Origin: Achromobacter spanius
GTDB taxonomy: Bacteria; Pseudomonadota; Gammaproteobacteria; Burkholderiales; Burkholderiaceae_B
DNA length: 64,000 nt
Assembly: GCF_003994415.1 (NCBI RefSeq)
Contig: NZ_CP034689.1
Span: 5,733,280-5,797,279, forward strand
Direction: 5' to 3'
Below the pieces are notes generated by a model, which was not told the origin of the DNA, ran no database searches, and worked only from the letters and a program-made list of their open reading frames with translations. Made by a program: the position numbers and the translations under genes. Positions 9,421-19,301 of the stretch are shown here, in pieces (the first letter of the stretch is position 1; every line of letters starts with the position of its first letter).

Positions 9421-10746
9421 ATGAACGCCCCCGCCAATTTGCCCGACTTGTCCCATCTCTGGATGCCCTTCACTGCCAACAAGCAGTTCAAGGCCCACCC
9501 GCGCATGCTGGCAACGGCCAAAGGCATGTACTACACCTCGGCCGATGGCCGGCAAATCCTGGACGGCACCGCCGGCCTGTGGTGCGTCAACGCCGGCCAC
9601 GGCCGCGAGGAAATCGTCGAGGCCATCTCCCGCCAGGCCGGCATCATGGACTACGCGCCGGGCTTCCAACTGGGCCACCCGCTGGCCTTCGAAGCCGCCA
9701 CGGCAGTGGCCAGCCTGATGCCCCAAGGGCTGGACCGCGTCTTCTTCACGAACTCGGGCTCCGAATCCGTCGACACGTCCCTGAAAATTGCACTGGCTTA
9801 TCACCGCGCGCGCGGCGAGGGTCAGCGCACCCGCCTGATCGGCCGTGAACGCGGCTATCACGGCGTGGGCTTCGGCGGCATTTCGGTCGGTGGCATCTCG
9901 ACCAACCGCAAGACCTTCTCGGGCGCGTTGCTGCCCTCGGTTGACCACCTGCCGCACACCCACAACCTGGAACAGAACGCCTACTCCAAGGGCCAACCCG
10001 CCTGGGGCGCCAACCTGGCCGAAGAACTGGAACGCATCGTGGCGCTGCACGACGCGTCCACCATCGCCGCCGTGATCGTCGAACCCATGGCGGGCTCCAC
10101 CGGCGTGCTGATTCCGCCCAAGGGCTATCTGGAAAAGCTGCGCGAAATTACCTCCAAGCACGGCATCCTGCTGATTTTTGACGAAGTCATCACCGGCTAC
10201 GGCCGTCTGGGCGCCGCCACCGCATCCGAATTCTTCGGTGTCACGCCTGACATCATCGCCATGGCCAAGGGCGTCAGTAACGCCGCCGTGCCGGCCGGCG
10301 CGGTCGCGGTCAAGCGCGAAGTCCACGACGCCATCGTCAACGGCCCGGCGGGCGGCATTGAATTCTTCCACGGCTACACCTATTCGGCGCACCCGCTGGC
10401 CGCCGCCGCCATCCTGGCCACCTTGGACATCTACCGCCGCGAAGACCTGTTCGGCCGCGCCCGCAAGTTGTCGGGCGCGTTCCAGGAAGCCGCGCACAGC
10501 CTGAAGGGCGCGCCGCACGTCATCGACGTGCGCAACCTGGGCCTGGTTGCCGGCATTGAACTGTCGCCGCGCGCGGGCGCACCCGGCGCCCGCGCTGGCG
10601 AAGTCTTCCAGAAGTGCTTCGACAGCGGCCTGATGGTGCGCTATACCGGCGATATCATCGCCGTATCGCCGCCGTTGATCATCGACGAAGCCCAGATCGG
10701 CCAGATCTTCGAACAGATCGGGAAGATCCTGAAAGAAGTCGCGTAA
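9421..10746 (+). CDS. Class III (omega) aminotransferase, probably beta-alanine--pyruvate transaminase (omega-amino acid:pyruvate aminotransferase).
   Basis: Begins MNAPANLPDLSHLWMPFTANKQFKAHPRMLATAKGMYYTSADGRQILDGTAGLWCVNAGHGREEIVEAI, with the PLP-lysine region GDIIAVSPPLII. It lies next to mmsA, the usual pairing for beta-alanine catabolism. I chose the start at 9421 over the upstream ATG at 9385. Confidence 0.85.
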   Translation: MNAPANLPDLSHLWMPFTANKQFKAHPRMLATAKGMYYTSADGRQILDGTAGLWCVNAGHGREEIVEAISRQAGIMDYAPGFQLGHPLAFEAATAVASLMPQGLDRVFFTNSGSESVDTSLKIALAYHRARGEGQRTRLIGRERGYHGVGFGGISVGGISTNRKTFSGALLPSVDHLPHTHNLEQNAYSKGQPAWGANLAEELERIVALHDASTIAAVIVEPMAGSTGVLIPPKGYLEKLREITSKHGILLIFDEVITGYGRLGAATASEFFGVTPDIIAMAKGVSNAAVPAGAVAVKREVHDAIVNGPAGGIEFFHGYTYSAHPLAAAAILATLDIYRREDLFGRARKLSGAFQEAAHSLKGAPHVIDVRNLGLVAGIELSPRAGAPGARAGEVFQKCFDSGLMVRYTGDIIAVSPPLIIDEAQIGQIFEQIGKILKEVA

Positions 10747-10792
10747 CACCGATGATGACGCTGCCCTTGCGGTCGCGCCGCATCCACTAACA

Positions 10793-10832
10793 CCTCTTGC
10801 GGGCGGCCCTGTGCCGCCCGCAAGAGGTTTTT
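10793..10832 (+). terminator. Rho-independent terminator or attenuator between the transaminase gene and mmsA.
   Basis: The GC-rich hairpin cctcttgcgggcgg/ccgcccgcaagagg is followed by a TTTTT run. Confidence 0.6.
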
Positions 10833-10861
10833 GAAGAATCCCGCCTAGAAGCCCCCGCACC

Positions 10862-12355
10862 ATGAAGAAGATTCCCCATTTCATCAACGGCCAGCATTTC
10901 GATGGCCGCAGCAGCCGCTACGCCGACGGCTTCAATCCGGCCACGGGCGAAATCTGCTCGTCCATTCCGCTGGCGTCCAACGAAGACGTGGCGCTGGCCG
11001 TGGCTGCCGCCAAGGCCGCATTCCCGGCCTGGTCGGAAACGCCCGCGCTCAAGCGCGCCCGCATCCTGTTCAACTTCAAGGCGCTGCTGGACCAGCACCA
11101 GGACGAACTGGCCGAGCTCATCACCCGCGAACACGGCAAGGTGTTCTCGGATGCCAAGGGCGAAGTCATGCGCGGCATTGAAATCGTCGAATTCGCCTGC
11201 GGCATTCCGCAACTGCTCAAGGGCCAGTACTCCGACCAGATCGGCGGCGGCATCGACAACTGGAGCATGCGCCAGGCCCTGGGCGTGGTAGCCGGCATCA
11301 CGCCGTTCAACTTCCCCATGATGGTGCCGTGCTGGATGTTCCCCGTGGCCATCGCCTGCGGCAACACCTTCGTGCTCAAGCCTTCCGAACGCGATCCGTC
11401 GGCCTCGCTGCGCCTGGCCGAGCTGCTGACCGAAGCCGGCCTGCCCGCTGGCGTATTCAACGTGGTGCACGGCGACAAGCTGGCCGTGGATGCGCTCATC
11501 AATCACCCCGACGTCGAAGCCCTGTCGTTCGTGGGCTCGACGCCCATCGCCGAGTACATCTATTCCGAAGGCACCAAGCGCGGCAAGCGCGTGCAAGCCC
11601 TGGGCGGCGCCAAGAACCATTTGGTCGTCATGCCCGATGCCGATCTGGACCAGGTTACCGACGCCTTGATGGGCGCGGCCTACGGCTCGGCCGGCGAACG
11701 CTGCATGGCGATCTCGGTGGCCGTGGCGGTGGGTGACGTGGCCGACAAGGTCGTCGAACGCCTGACTCCCCGCGTGAAGGCGCTGATCGTCAAGGACGGC
11801 ATGAACGCCGACGCCGAGATGGGTCCGCTGGTGACCGCGCAGCATCGCAACAAGGTCATGGGCTACATCGAAGACGGCATCGCGGCGGGCGCGGACCTGG
11901 TCGTCGACGGCCGGGGCCTGACCGTGCCCGGCAACGAAAAGGGCTATTTCCTGGGCGGCACGCTGTTCGACAACGTCAAGCCCGCCATGAACATCTATCG
12001 CGAAGAAATCTTCGGGCCGGTGCTGTGCATCGTGCGCGTGCCCGACTTCGCCAGCGCGGTTGAACTGATCAACGCACACGAGTTCGGCAACGGCGTGGCG
12101 TGCTTCACGTCGGATGGCGGCGTGGCGCGTGCATTCGCGCGCCAGATCAAGGTGGGCATGGTGGGCATCAACGTGCCGATTCCCGTGCCCATGGCCTGGC
12201 ATTCGTTCGGCGGCTGGAAGCGTTCGCTGTTTGGCGACCACCACGCCTACGGCGAAGAAGGCATCCGCTTCTACTCGCGCTACAAGAGCGTGATGCAGCG
12301 CTGGCCGGACAGCATTGCCAAGGGCGCCGAATTCACCATGCCCGTGGCGAAGTAA
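10862..12355 (+). CDS. mmsA: Methylmalonate-semialdehyde dehydrogenase (CoA-acylating).
   Basis: 497 aa beginning [47 protein letters not shown], with ALDH motifs and the catalytic Cys in VACFTSDGG. This is MmsA-type. Confidence 0.9.
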   Translation: MKKIPHFINGQHFDGRSSRYADGFNPATGEICSSIPLASNEDVALAVAAAKAAFPAWSETPALKRARILFNFKALLDQHQDELAELITREHGKVFSDAKGEVMRGIEIVEFACGIPQLLKGQYSDQIGGGIDNWSMRQALGVVAGITPFNFPMMVPCWMFPVAIACGNTFVLKPSERDPSASLRLAELLTEAGLPAGVFNVVHGDKLAVDALINHPDVEALSFVGSTPIAEYIYSEGTKRGKRVQALGGAKNHLVVMPDADLDQVTDALMGAAYGSAGERCMAISVAVAVGDVADKVVERLTPRVKALIVKDGMNADAEMGPLVTAQHRNKVMGYIEDGIAAGADLVVDGRGLTVPGNEKGYFLGGTLFDNVKPAMNIYREEIFGPVLCIVRVPDFASAVELINAHEFGNGVACFTSDGGVARAFARQIKVGMVGINVPIPVPMAWHSFGGWKRSLFGDHHAYGEEGIRFYSRYKSVMQRWPDSIAKGAEFTMPVAK

Positions 12356-12495
12356 GCCACGCGCGCGCCCTTACGTTTTTCATCGCACCGTATTCAAGAA
12401 GGATGCATTACCCGGCTTTTGCATAGGGCGCGGCTTCGGCCGCGCCCGGCCAGTACCACGACACAGCAACATCAAACAACACAAGGGGATGCCTG

Positions 12496-14004
12496 ATGCG
12501 CATCGGTATAGGCGGCTTTCAGCACGAAACCAATACGTTCGCGCCTTCGCGCGCGACGTGGGAAGATTTTGCCGAGAAAGGCGGCGGCTGGCCAAAACTG
12601 GTCAGCGGCCCCGCGATGTTCCAAGCCGTGGCAGGCGCCAACATTCCCGTGGCGGGCTTCATCGAAGCCATGAGCCAGCACACGCTGGTGCCCACCACCT
12701 GGGCCGCGGCCAGCCCGTCGGGCCCGGTCACCAAAGACGCTTTTGAACGCATCAGCGCGCTGATCCTGCAAGGCTTGTCCGACGCCTTGCCGCTGGACGG
12801 CGTGTACCTGGACCTTCATGGCGCCATGGTCACCGAACACCTGGACGACGGCGAAGGCGAACTGCTCAAGCGCGTGCGCGACCTGGTCGGCCCCGACGTG
12901 CCTGTTGTCGCCAGCCTGGACCTGCACGCCAACGTCACGCGCGCCATGGTGCGCCACGCCGACGCGCTGGTCTGCTATCGCACTTATCCGCACATCGACA
13001 TGGCCGAAACCGGGCAGCGCGCCGCCGCGCTACTGTCCTTGCGGCTGGCTGGCATGCCGCGTCCGTACGCATCCCTGCGCGCCCTGCCCTACCTGATCTC
13101 GCTGTGCTGGCAGTCCACCGACATCGAACCCTCGCGCAGCCTGTACGCGCAAGTGGGCGAGATTGAATCGCGCGGCGCCACCAGCTTGTCGTTCGCCACG
13201 GGCTTCCCCGCCGCTGACTTTCCCGAATGCGCGCCCACCGTGTGGGCCTATGGCACGACGCAGGCCGAAGCCGATGCCGCCGCCGCTGAAATGGCGCGCG
13301 CCGTGCTGAACGCTGAACGCGACTTCGGCGGCAAGCTCTACATGCCGGATGAAGCCGTGGAAGAAGCCATGCGGATCGCGCGCGACGCCAACAAGCCCGT
13401 TGTCATCGCCGACGCGCAAGACAACCCCGGCGCGGGCGGCAGTTCCGACACCACGGGCATGCTGCGCGCCTTGATCCGCCATGATGCGCGCGACGCCGCC
13501 ATCGGCCTGATCGTCGACCCCGCCGCCGCGCTCGCCGCACACCGCGCGGGCGTTGGAAACAAGGTACGGATTGCACTAGGTGGACACTCGGGTATTCCCG
13601 ACGACGAGCCGCTGGACAGCGAATTCATCGTCGAGAAAACTTCAGATGGACGCTTCGATACGCACGGCGCGTTCTATCGCGGCTTCCACATGGACCTGGG
13701 CCCCAGCGCCTGCCTGCGCATCGGCGGCGTACGCATCATCGTCGCGTCGAACAAGGTGCAGATGGCGGACCAGGAGATGTTCCGGTTCGCCGGCGTGGAA
13801 CCCACGCGCGCCGCGATCCTTGTCGTGAAGAGCTCCGCGCATTTCCGCGCGGATTTCACGGCCATCGCGCAAACGATCCTGGTCTGCGCCGCCCCCGGCT
13901 CCATGCTGATGGATGCGGCAAAACAACCATGGACACGGTTGCGTCCCGGTATCAGAATGGCGCCTTGCGGACCGGTGTTTTCCGGCCGGACCGCAACCGC
14001 CTGA
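12496..14004 (+). CDS. M81 family metallopeptidase (MlrC/microcystinase C-like, DUF1485+DUF1487).
   Basis: The N-terminus MRIGIGGFQHETNTFAP and the later YLDLHGAMVTE and SLDLHANVT are the hallmark motifs of MlrC-like proteins. 502 aa. Confidence 0.78.
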   Translation: MRIGIGGFQHETNTFAPSRATWEDFAEKGGGWPKLVSGPAMFQAVAGANIPVAGFIEAMSQHTLVPTTWAAASPSGPVTKDAFERISALILQGLSDALPLDGVYLDLHGAMVTEHLDDGEGELLKRVRDLVGPDVPVVASLDLHANVTRAMVRHADALVCYRTYPHIDMAETGQRAAALLSLRLAGMPRPYASLRALPYLISLCWQSTDIEPSRSLYAQVGEIESRGATSLSFATGFPAADFPECAPTVWAYGTTQAEADAAAAEMARAVLNAERDFGGKLYMPDEAVEEAMRIARDANKPVVIADAQDNPGAGGSSDTTGMLRALIRHDARDAAIGLIVDPAAALAAHRAGVGNKVRIALGGHSGIPDDEPLDSEFIVEKTSDGRFDTHGAFYRGFHMDLGPSACLRIGGVRIIVASNKVQMADQEMFRFAGVEPTRAAILVVKSSAHFRADFTAIAQTILVCAAPGSMLMDAAKQPWTRLRPGIRMAPCGPVFSGRTATA

Positions 14005-14085
14005 CCCTCGCACGCCGCCATCGAGCGGCGCGTTAACGACGTAGCGGCCGACCGTGCCGCTCACACCGCTTCAAGGGGAATCTCC

Positions 14086-15651
14086 ATGCTCAAGTTTGTT
14101 CGAGCGGCCGCGCTGGCCGGTGCAACGTTGATGATGGCTCACGGCGCTTACGCCGAAACCGTCATCAAGTCCGTCATGCACTCGCCGTTGCGCCTGACCG
14201 ACCCGCACGCCACCACCGCGTACATCACGACGTGGCACGGCTACATGATCTACGACACCTTGCTGGCCACCGACGCCAACAACAAGATCCAGCCGCAGAT
14301 GCTTGAGAAGTGGGAAGTCTCGCCCGATGGCAAGACCTACACGATGACCTTGCGCGACGGCCAGAAGTGGCACGACGGCAAGCCGGTCACGTCCGAGGAT
14401 TGCGTGGCGTCCATCAAGCGCTGGGCCGCCGGCGACGGCATGGGCCGCACGCTGCTCAAGTTCACCGACAAGATCGAAGTCATTGACGACAAGAGCTTTC
14501 GCATCGTCATGAAAGAACCCACGGACCTGGCGCTGCGCGCCCTGTCCAAGCCCACCGGCACCGCGCCGTTCATGATGCCCAAGCGCATCGCCGAACAGCC
14601 CATCGGCAAGCCCATCACCGACATGACCGGTTCGGGTCCGTTCAAGGTTGCCGAATTCAAGCCGGGCGTGAAGACGGTGTACGTGAAAAACACTGACTAC
14701 GTGCCGCGCAAGGAACCCGCCAGCGGCCTGGCCGGCGGCAAGGTCGTGAACGTGGACAAGGTGGAATGGGACGTCATGCCCGACGCGCTGACCACCGCCA
14801 ACGCGCTGCTGGGCGGCGAGATCGATTTCGTCGAACAGTTCCCGTATGACCTGTTGCCCATGATTGAAGGCAACCCCGACCTGAAGGAAGAATCGCTCAG
14901 CCCGGTCGGCTACTTCACGATGTACCGCTTCAACTTCAAGTACCCCCCCTTCGACAACAAGAAGATCCGCCAGGCCGCCATGTACGCCATCGGCCAGGAA
15001 GACGTGATGAAGGCATTGGTGGGCAACCCCAAGTACTGGAAGACCTGCGCATCGCTGTGGGGCTGCGGTACGCCGATGGAATCCGATATCGGCAAGGAAA
15101 TCGTCGTGCCCTCGAACATCGAGAAGGCCAAGGCGCTGCTGAAGGAAGCGGGCTACGACAACACGCCCATCCTCATGATGCACGCGACCGACGTGGGCAC
15201 GCTGTCGGCTCAACCGGTGGTAATGGCCCAGGCGCTGCGCAAGGCGGGCTTCAACGTCAACCTGGCCGCGATGGACTGGCAAAGCGTGGCCACGCGCCGC
15301 GCCTCGAAGGCCGCGCCAGCTGAAGGCGGCTGGAACATCCACAACACCAACTGGTACGCCACCGACGTGATGGACCCGGTGCGTTCCGCGCCCGCCGCCG
15401 CCAACGGCGACAACGCCTGGTTCGGCTGGCCCGACATGCCGAAGGTGGAAGAGCTGCGCACCAAGTTCGCCCTGACGTCCGACCCTGCCGAGCAGAAGAA
15501 GATTGCCGACGAACTGCAGCGCATCGGCATCGACGAGGGCCTGTACGTGCCGCTGGGCCAGATGTCCGTGCCCACCGTCTACTCGACCAAGCTCTCCGGC
15601 CTGGTGCATGCACCGGTCTTTGCGTTCTGGAACGTCAAGAAAGCTCCTTAA
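14086..15651 (+). CDS. ABC transporter substrate-binding protein, family 5 (DppA/OppA-like peptide-binding).
   Basis: 521 aa with a signal peptide (MLKFVRAAALAGATLMMAHGAYA) and family-5 substrate-binding-protein features (TMTLRDGQKWHDGKPVTSED). Confidence 0.9.
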   Translation: MLKFVRAAALAGATLMMAHGAYAETVIKSVMHSPLRLTDPHATTAYITTWHGYMIYDTLLATDANNKIQPQMLEKWEVSPDGKTYTMTLRDGQKWHDGKPVTSEDCVASIKRWAAGDGMGRTLLKFTDKIEVIDDKSFRIVMKEPTDLALRALSKPTGTAPFMMPKRIAEQPIGKPITDMTGSGPFKVAEFKPGVKTVYVKNTDYVPRKEPASGLAGGKVVNVDKVEWDVMPDALTTANALLGGEIDFVEQFPYDLLPMIEGNPDLKEESLSPVGYFTMYRFNFKYPPFDNKKIRQAAMYAIGQEDVMKALVGNPKYWKTCASLWGCGTPMESDIGKEIVVPSNIEKAKALLKEAGYDNTPILMMHATDVGTLSAQPVVMAQALRKAGFNVNLAAMDWQSVATRRASKAAPAEGGWNIHNTNWYATDVMDPVRSAPAAANGDNAWFGWPDMPKVEELRTKFALTSDPAEQKKIADELQRIGIDEGLYVPLGQMSVPTVYSTKLSGLVHAPVFAFWNVKKAP

Positions 15652-15678
15652 AGGGGCAAGCAGTTCAGGGGGAAATAC

Positions 15679-16620
15679 ATGCTGGCATTTGTCTCACGCC
15701 GGCTCCTCGCGACCATCCCCGTTCTGGTGATGGTCGCGGTGGTGGTCTTCGCGATATTGCGTTTCAGCCCGGGTGATCCGGCCATCATCATGGCGGGCGA
15801 CGGCGCCACGCCCGAACGTATCGTCCAGATACGTCAGACGATGGGCCTGGACCAACCGGTCATCAAGCAGTTCGTCATCTGGGGCGGCAGGCTCCTGAAG
15901 GGCGATCTGGGCACCTCACTCATGTCCGGCGTGCCGGTCACCAAACTGATTGGGCAACGTCTGGAACCGTCCATGAGTCTGGCGGTACTGACACTGGTCT
16001 TCACCTTGCTGGTGGCCATTCCGCTGGGCATCCTGGCGGCTTGGCGGCAAGGCAAGCTGCTGGACCGCGCCGTGATGGGCTTTTCAGTGCTGGGCTTTTC
16101 CGTGCCGGTGTTCGTCACGGGTTACCTGCTGATCTGGCTGTTCGCCATCAAGCTGGGCTGGTTCAACGTGCAGGGCTATACGCCACTGGCCAAGGGATTC
16201 TGGCCGTATCTGCACCGGCTCATCCTGCCGTCACTGGCCTTGTCCACGGTCTACGTCGCACTGATCGCCCGCATCACGCGCACCAGCGTGATCGAGGTCA
16301 TGGGTGAAGACTTCATCCGCACCGCGCGTTCCAAGGGTCTGGGTGAAACCGGCGTGCTGCTTGGCCATGCGCTGCGCAACGCCGCCGTGCCCATCGCCAC
16401 GGTGGTGGGCCTGGGCATTGCGCTCTTGATCAGCGGCGTGGTCGTGACCGAATCGGTGTTCAACATTCCCGGCCTGGGTCGCCTGGTGGTGGAAGCCGTG
16501 CTGGCGCGTGACTACCCCGTCATCCAGGGCCTGACGTTGTTCTTCGCGTTCGTCTACGTGTTCATCAATCTGGTTGTCGATTGCGCCTACACGGTGTTCG
16601 ACCCGCGAATCAGGTACTAG
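15679..16620 (+). CDS. ABC transporter permease (DppB/OppB-like).
   Basis: 313-aa polytopic protein of the BPD_transp_1 type, in operon order after the binding protein. Confidence 0.9.
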   Translation: MLAFVSRRLLATIPVLVMVAVVVFAILRFSPGDPAIIMAGDGATPERIVQIRQTMGLDQPVIKQFVIWGGRLLKGDLGTSLMSGVPVTKLIGQRLEPSMSLAVLTLVFTLLVAIPLGILAAWRQGKLLDRAVMGFSVLGFSVPVFVTGYLLIWLFAIKLGWFNVQGYTPLAKGFWPYLHRLILPSLALSTVYVALIARITRTSVIEVMGEDFIRTARSKGLGETGVLLGHALRNAAVPIATVVGLGIALLISGVVVTESVFNIPGLGRLVVEAVLARDYPVIQGLTLFFAFVYVFINLVVDCAYTVFDPRIRY

Positions 16621-16629
16621 GGCAGAGCC

Positions 16630-17535
16630 ATGCAAACGCCAACCGATGCCGCCGCGCAAGCGGCCGCCGACCTTCCCGGAGGCGGCACTCCTCACGTCAC
16701 CGCCTGGCGGCAAGTCCGCCAGGGCCTTAAAAGCTGGCCGGTCATGCTGGCGCTGGTGGTGCTGGTCGCCATCGTCGCCATTGCCGTGTTCGCGCCGCTG
16801 CTGGGCACGGTGGACCCCACCTTCATCGACCCGGGCTCGCGCCTGAAGCAGCCCTTTACCGACTTCCTGTTCGGCACCGACGCCTTTGGCCGCGACGTCT
16901 GGTCGCGCGTGGCCTACGGCGCGCGCATCTCGCTGATCGCGGGCCTGGGCGCCGCGGTCGTCAGCGTCGTCATCGGCCTGATCATCGGCGTCATCGCCGG
17001 CTGGTTCCGGTCGCTGGACGGGCTCATCATGCGGACCATGGACGCCATCATGGCGATTCCCGGCATCCTGCTGGCGATTGCCCTGGTGTCCGTCACCGGC
17101 GCCAGCATCATGACTGTGCTGATCGCCATCACCATCCCGGAAATTCCCCGGGTGGTGCGGCTGGTGCGCGGGCAGATCCTGACGGTGCGCGGCGAACCCT
17201 ATGTGGAAGCCGCGCTGGCGCTGGGCACGCCCTTGCCGCTGCTCTTGTGGCGCCACATGGTGCCCAGCACCATCGCGCCGCTGACGGTGCAAGGCACGTA
17301 TGTGTTCGCCTCGGCCATGCTGACCGAGGCCATCCTCAGCTTTCTTGGCGCGGGCATCCCGCCCGAGATCGCGTCGTGGGGCAACATCATGTCCGAAGGC
17401 CGCATGTACTTCCGCATGCTGCCCGGCCTGATTCTCTTTCCCGGCCTGTTCCTGTCGCTGACGGTGCTTAGCGTGAACATCCTGGGTGACGCCCTGCGCG
17501 ACGCGCTGGACCCGAAAATGGTGCGCAGGATCTGA
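16630..17535 (+). CDS. ABC transporter permease (DppC/OppC-like).
   Basis: 301-aa membrane protein. The run AIPGILLAIALVSVTG matches DppC-type permeases. Confidence 0.9.
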   Translation: MQTPTDAAAQAAADLPGGGTPHVTAWRQVRQGLKSWPVMLALVVLVAIVAIAVFAPLLGTVDPTFIDPGSRLKQPFTDFLFGTDAFGRDVWSRVAYGARISLIAGLGAAVVSVVIGLIIGVIAGWFRSLDGLIMRTMDAIMAIPGILLAIALVSVTGASIMTVLIAITIPEIPRVVRLVRGQILTVRGEPYVEAALALGTPLPLLLWRHMVPSTIAPLTVQGTYVFASAMLTEAILSFLGAGIPPEIASWGNIMSEGRMYFRMLPGLILFPGLFLSLTVLSVNILGDALRDALDPKMVRRI

Positions 17536-19231
17536 TGCCGATGACCTACTCTCCTACTCCCCCGCGGGCGACACCTCGTCCGCCATCCTGGCCATTCGCA
17601 ACCTGTCGGTGGAAGTGGCCGGCGCGGGCAACCGCGTCGTGCGCAACCTCAGCCTGGACGTGCACGCTGGTGAAACCGTGTGCGTGGTTGGCGAATCCGG
17701 CTCCGGCAAATCGGTCACGTCGCTGGCCGTGATGGGCCTGTTGCCACCCGGCGTCCTGTCGATCAGCGCGGGTTCCATCCGCGTGGAAGGCGAAGACGTC
17801 GCCACCGCGTCGCAGCGGCGGCTGCGCGAAATGCGCGCGACCCGCATGGCCATGGTGTTCCAGGAACCCATGACGGCGCTGAACCCCGTGCACACCATGG
17901 GCAAGCAGGTAGACGAAGTGCTGCGCCTGCACCGCAAGGGCATGAGCGCCGCCGAACGCCGCGCCAAGGTGCTGGACATGTTCCAGTCGGTGCACCTGCC
18001 GGATGTCGAACGCATATTCGAGGCTTACCCGCATCAGCTGTCGGGCGGCCAGCGCCAGCGCATCGTGATAGCGATGGCGCTGATCCTGGAACCCAAGCTG
18101 CTGATCGCCGACGAACCCACGACCGCGCTGGACGTGACCACACAAAAGCAGATTCTGGCGCTGATCAAGGAACTGCAGGTCAAGCACAAGACCGCGGTGC
18201 TGTTCATCACGCACGACTTCGGCGTGGTGGCCGAGATTTCGGATCGCATCGTGGTGATGAACCGCGGCGACCTGATCGAAAGCGGCACGCGCAACGAAAT
18301 CCTGGCCGAACCCAAGCAGTCCTACACGCGGCGCCTGGTGTCGTCCGTGCCCAGCCTGGTGCCCAACCGGCGTGACGCGCCCGACGGCCAGCCGGTGCTG
18401 CACGTCAAGGGCCTGGGCCGCACCTATGCCGGCAAAAGCTCGCTGTTCTCCCGCACGGCCGCGCAGAACGTCATAGCCGCGTCCGACGTGAACCTGACGC
18501 TGCGCAAGGGTGAAATCCTGGGCATCGTGGGCGAATCCGGTTCGGGCAAGTCCACGGTGGCGCGTTGCATCGTGCGTCTGATCGAACCCACGGCCGGCCA
18601 CATGATGATGGGCGGCGAAGACCTCAGCACGCTGTCCGGCTCGGCCTTGCGCCCGGTGCGCCGCCGCATTCAGATTGTGTTCCAGGACCCCTACCGGTCG
18701 CTGAACCCGCGCCGCACGGTGGGTGAATCCATCATCGAAGGCCTGCTCAACTTCGGCATGCCGCGCGACCAGGCCGTGAAGCGCGCGGGCGAAACGCTGA
18801 CCGTGGTGGGCATGAGCCCCGACGCCATGCGCCGCTACCCGCATCAGTTCTCTGGTGGCCAACGCCAGCGCATCTGCATCGCGCGCGCGCTGGTGATGGA
18901 CCCGGAAATCCTGGTGGCCGACGAAGCCGTGTCGGCGCTGGACGTATCCGTGCAGGCGCAGGTGCTGGAACTGCTGGAACAGGTGCGTCAACGCACGGGC
19001 GTCGGCGTGCTGTTCATCACCCACGACTTGCGCGTGGCCGCGCAGATTTGCGACACCATCATGGTCATGCAGCGCGGCAAGGTCGTTGAAACCGGCTCGG
19101 CCGAAACCGTGCTGACCGACCCTCGGCATGAGTACACGCGCACCTTGATCGACGCGGCCCCGGGGCGCGACTGGGACTTCCGCAACTTCCAGCCCGTGGC
19201 CACCACGCTGGCGCAAGCCGCCGCATCCTGA
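17486..19231 (+). CDS. Fused ABC transporter ATP-binding protein with two ATPase domains in one polypeptide (DppD-DppF fusion).
   Basis: Two Walker A motifs (GESGSGKS appears twice) and two signature motifs (LSGGQRQR and FSGGQRQR). The exact start is uncertain: the ATG at 17486 overlaps the permease gene by 50 nt. Confidence 0.85.
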   Translation: MTPCATRWTRKWCAGSDADDLLSYSPAGDTSSAILAIRNLSVEVAGAGNRVVRNLSLDVHAGETVCVVGESGSGKSVTSLAVMGLLPPGVLSISAGSIRVEGEDVATASQRRLREMRATRMAMVFQEPMTALNPVHTMGKQVDEVLRLHRKGMSAAERRAKVLDMFQSVHLPDVERIFEAYPHQLSGGQRQRIVIAMALILEPKLLIADEPTTALDVTTQKQILALIKELQVKHKTAVLFITHDFGVVAEISDRIVVMNRGDLIESGTRNEILAEPKQSYTRRLVSSVPSLVPNRRDAPDGQPVLHVKGLGRTYAGKSSLFSRTAAQNVIAASDVNLTLRKGEILGIVGESGSGKSTVARCIVRLIEPTAGHMMMGGEDLSTLSGSALRPVRRRIQIVFQDPYRSLNPRRTVGESIIEGLLNFGMPRDQAVKRAGETLTVVGMSPDAMRRYPHQFSGGQRQRICIARALVMDPEILVADEAVSALDVSVQAQVLELLEQVRQRTGVGVLFITHDLRVAAQICDTIMVMQRGKVVETGSAETVLTDPRHEYTRTLIDAAPGRDWDFRNFQPVATTLAQAAAS

Positions 19232-19301
19232 TGCGCTGGTGTGCTGATGTGCTGATGTCCTGATCACCCGAATTGCCTTCCTTTGCAACACTGGAACCCA
19301 G

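Noticed and set aside
17486-17535. Exact start of the fused ABC ATPase gene, which overlaps the permease gene by 50 nt.
   Set aside because: It cannot be resolved from sequence alone. An internal GTG or TTG start closer to the conserved N-terminus is possible. I kept the ATG given by the ORF track and lowered confidence.
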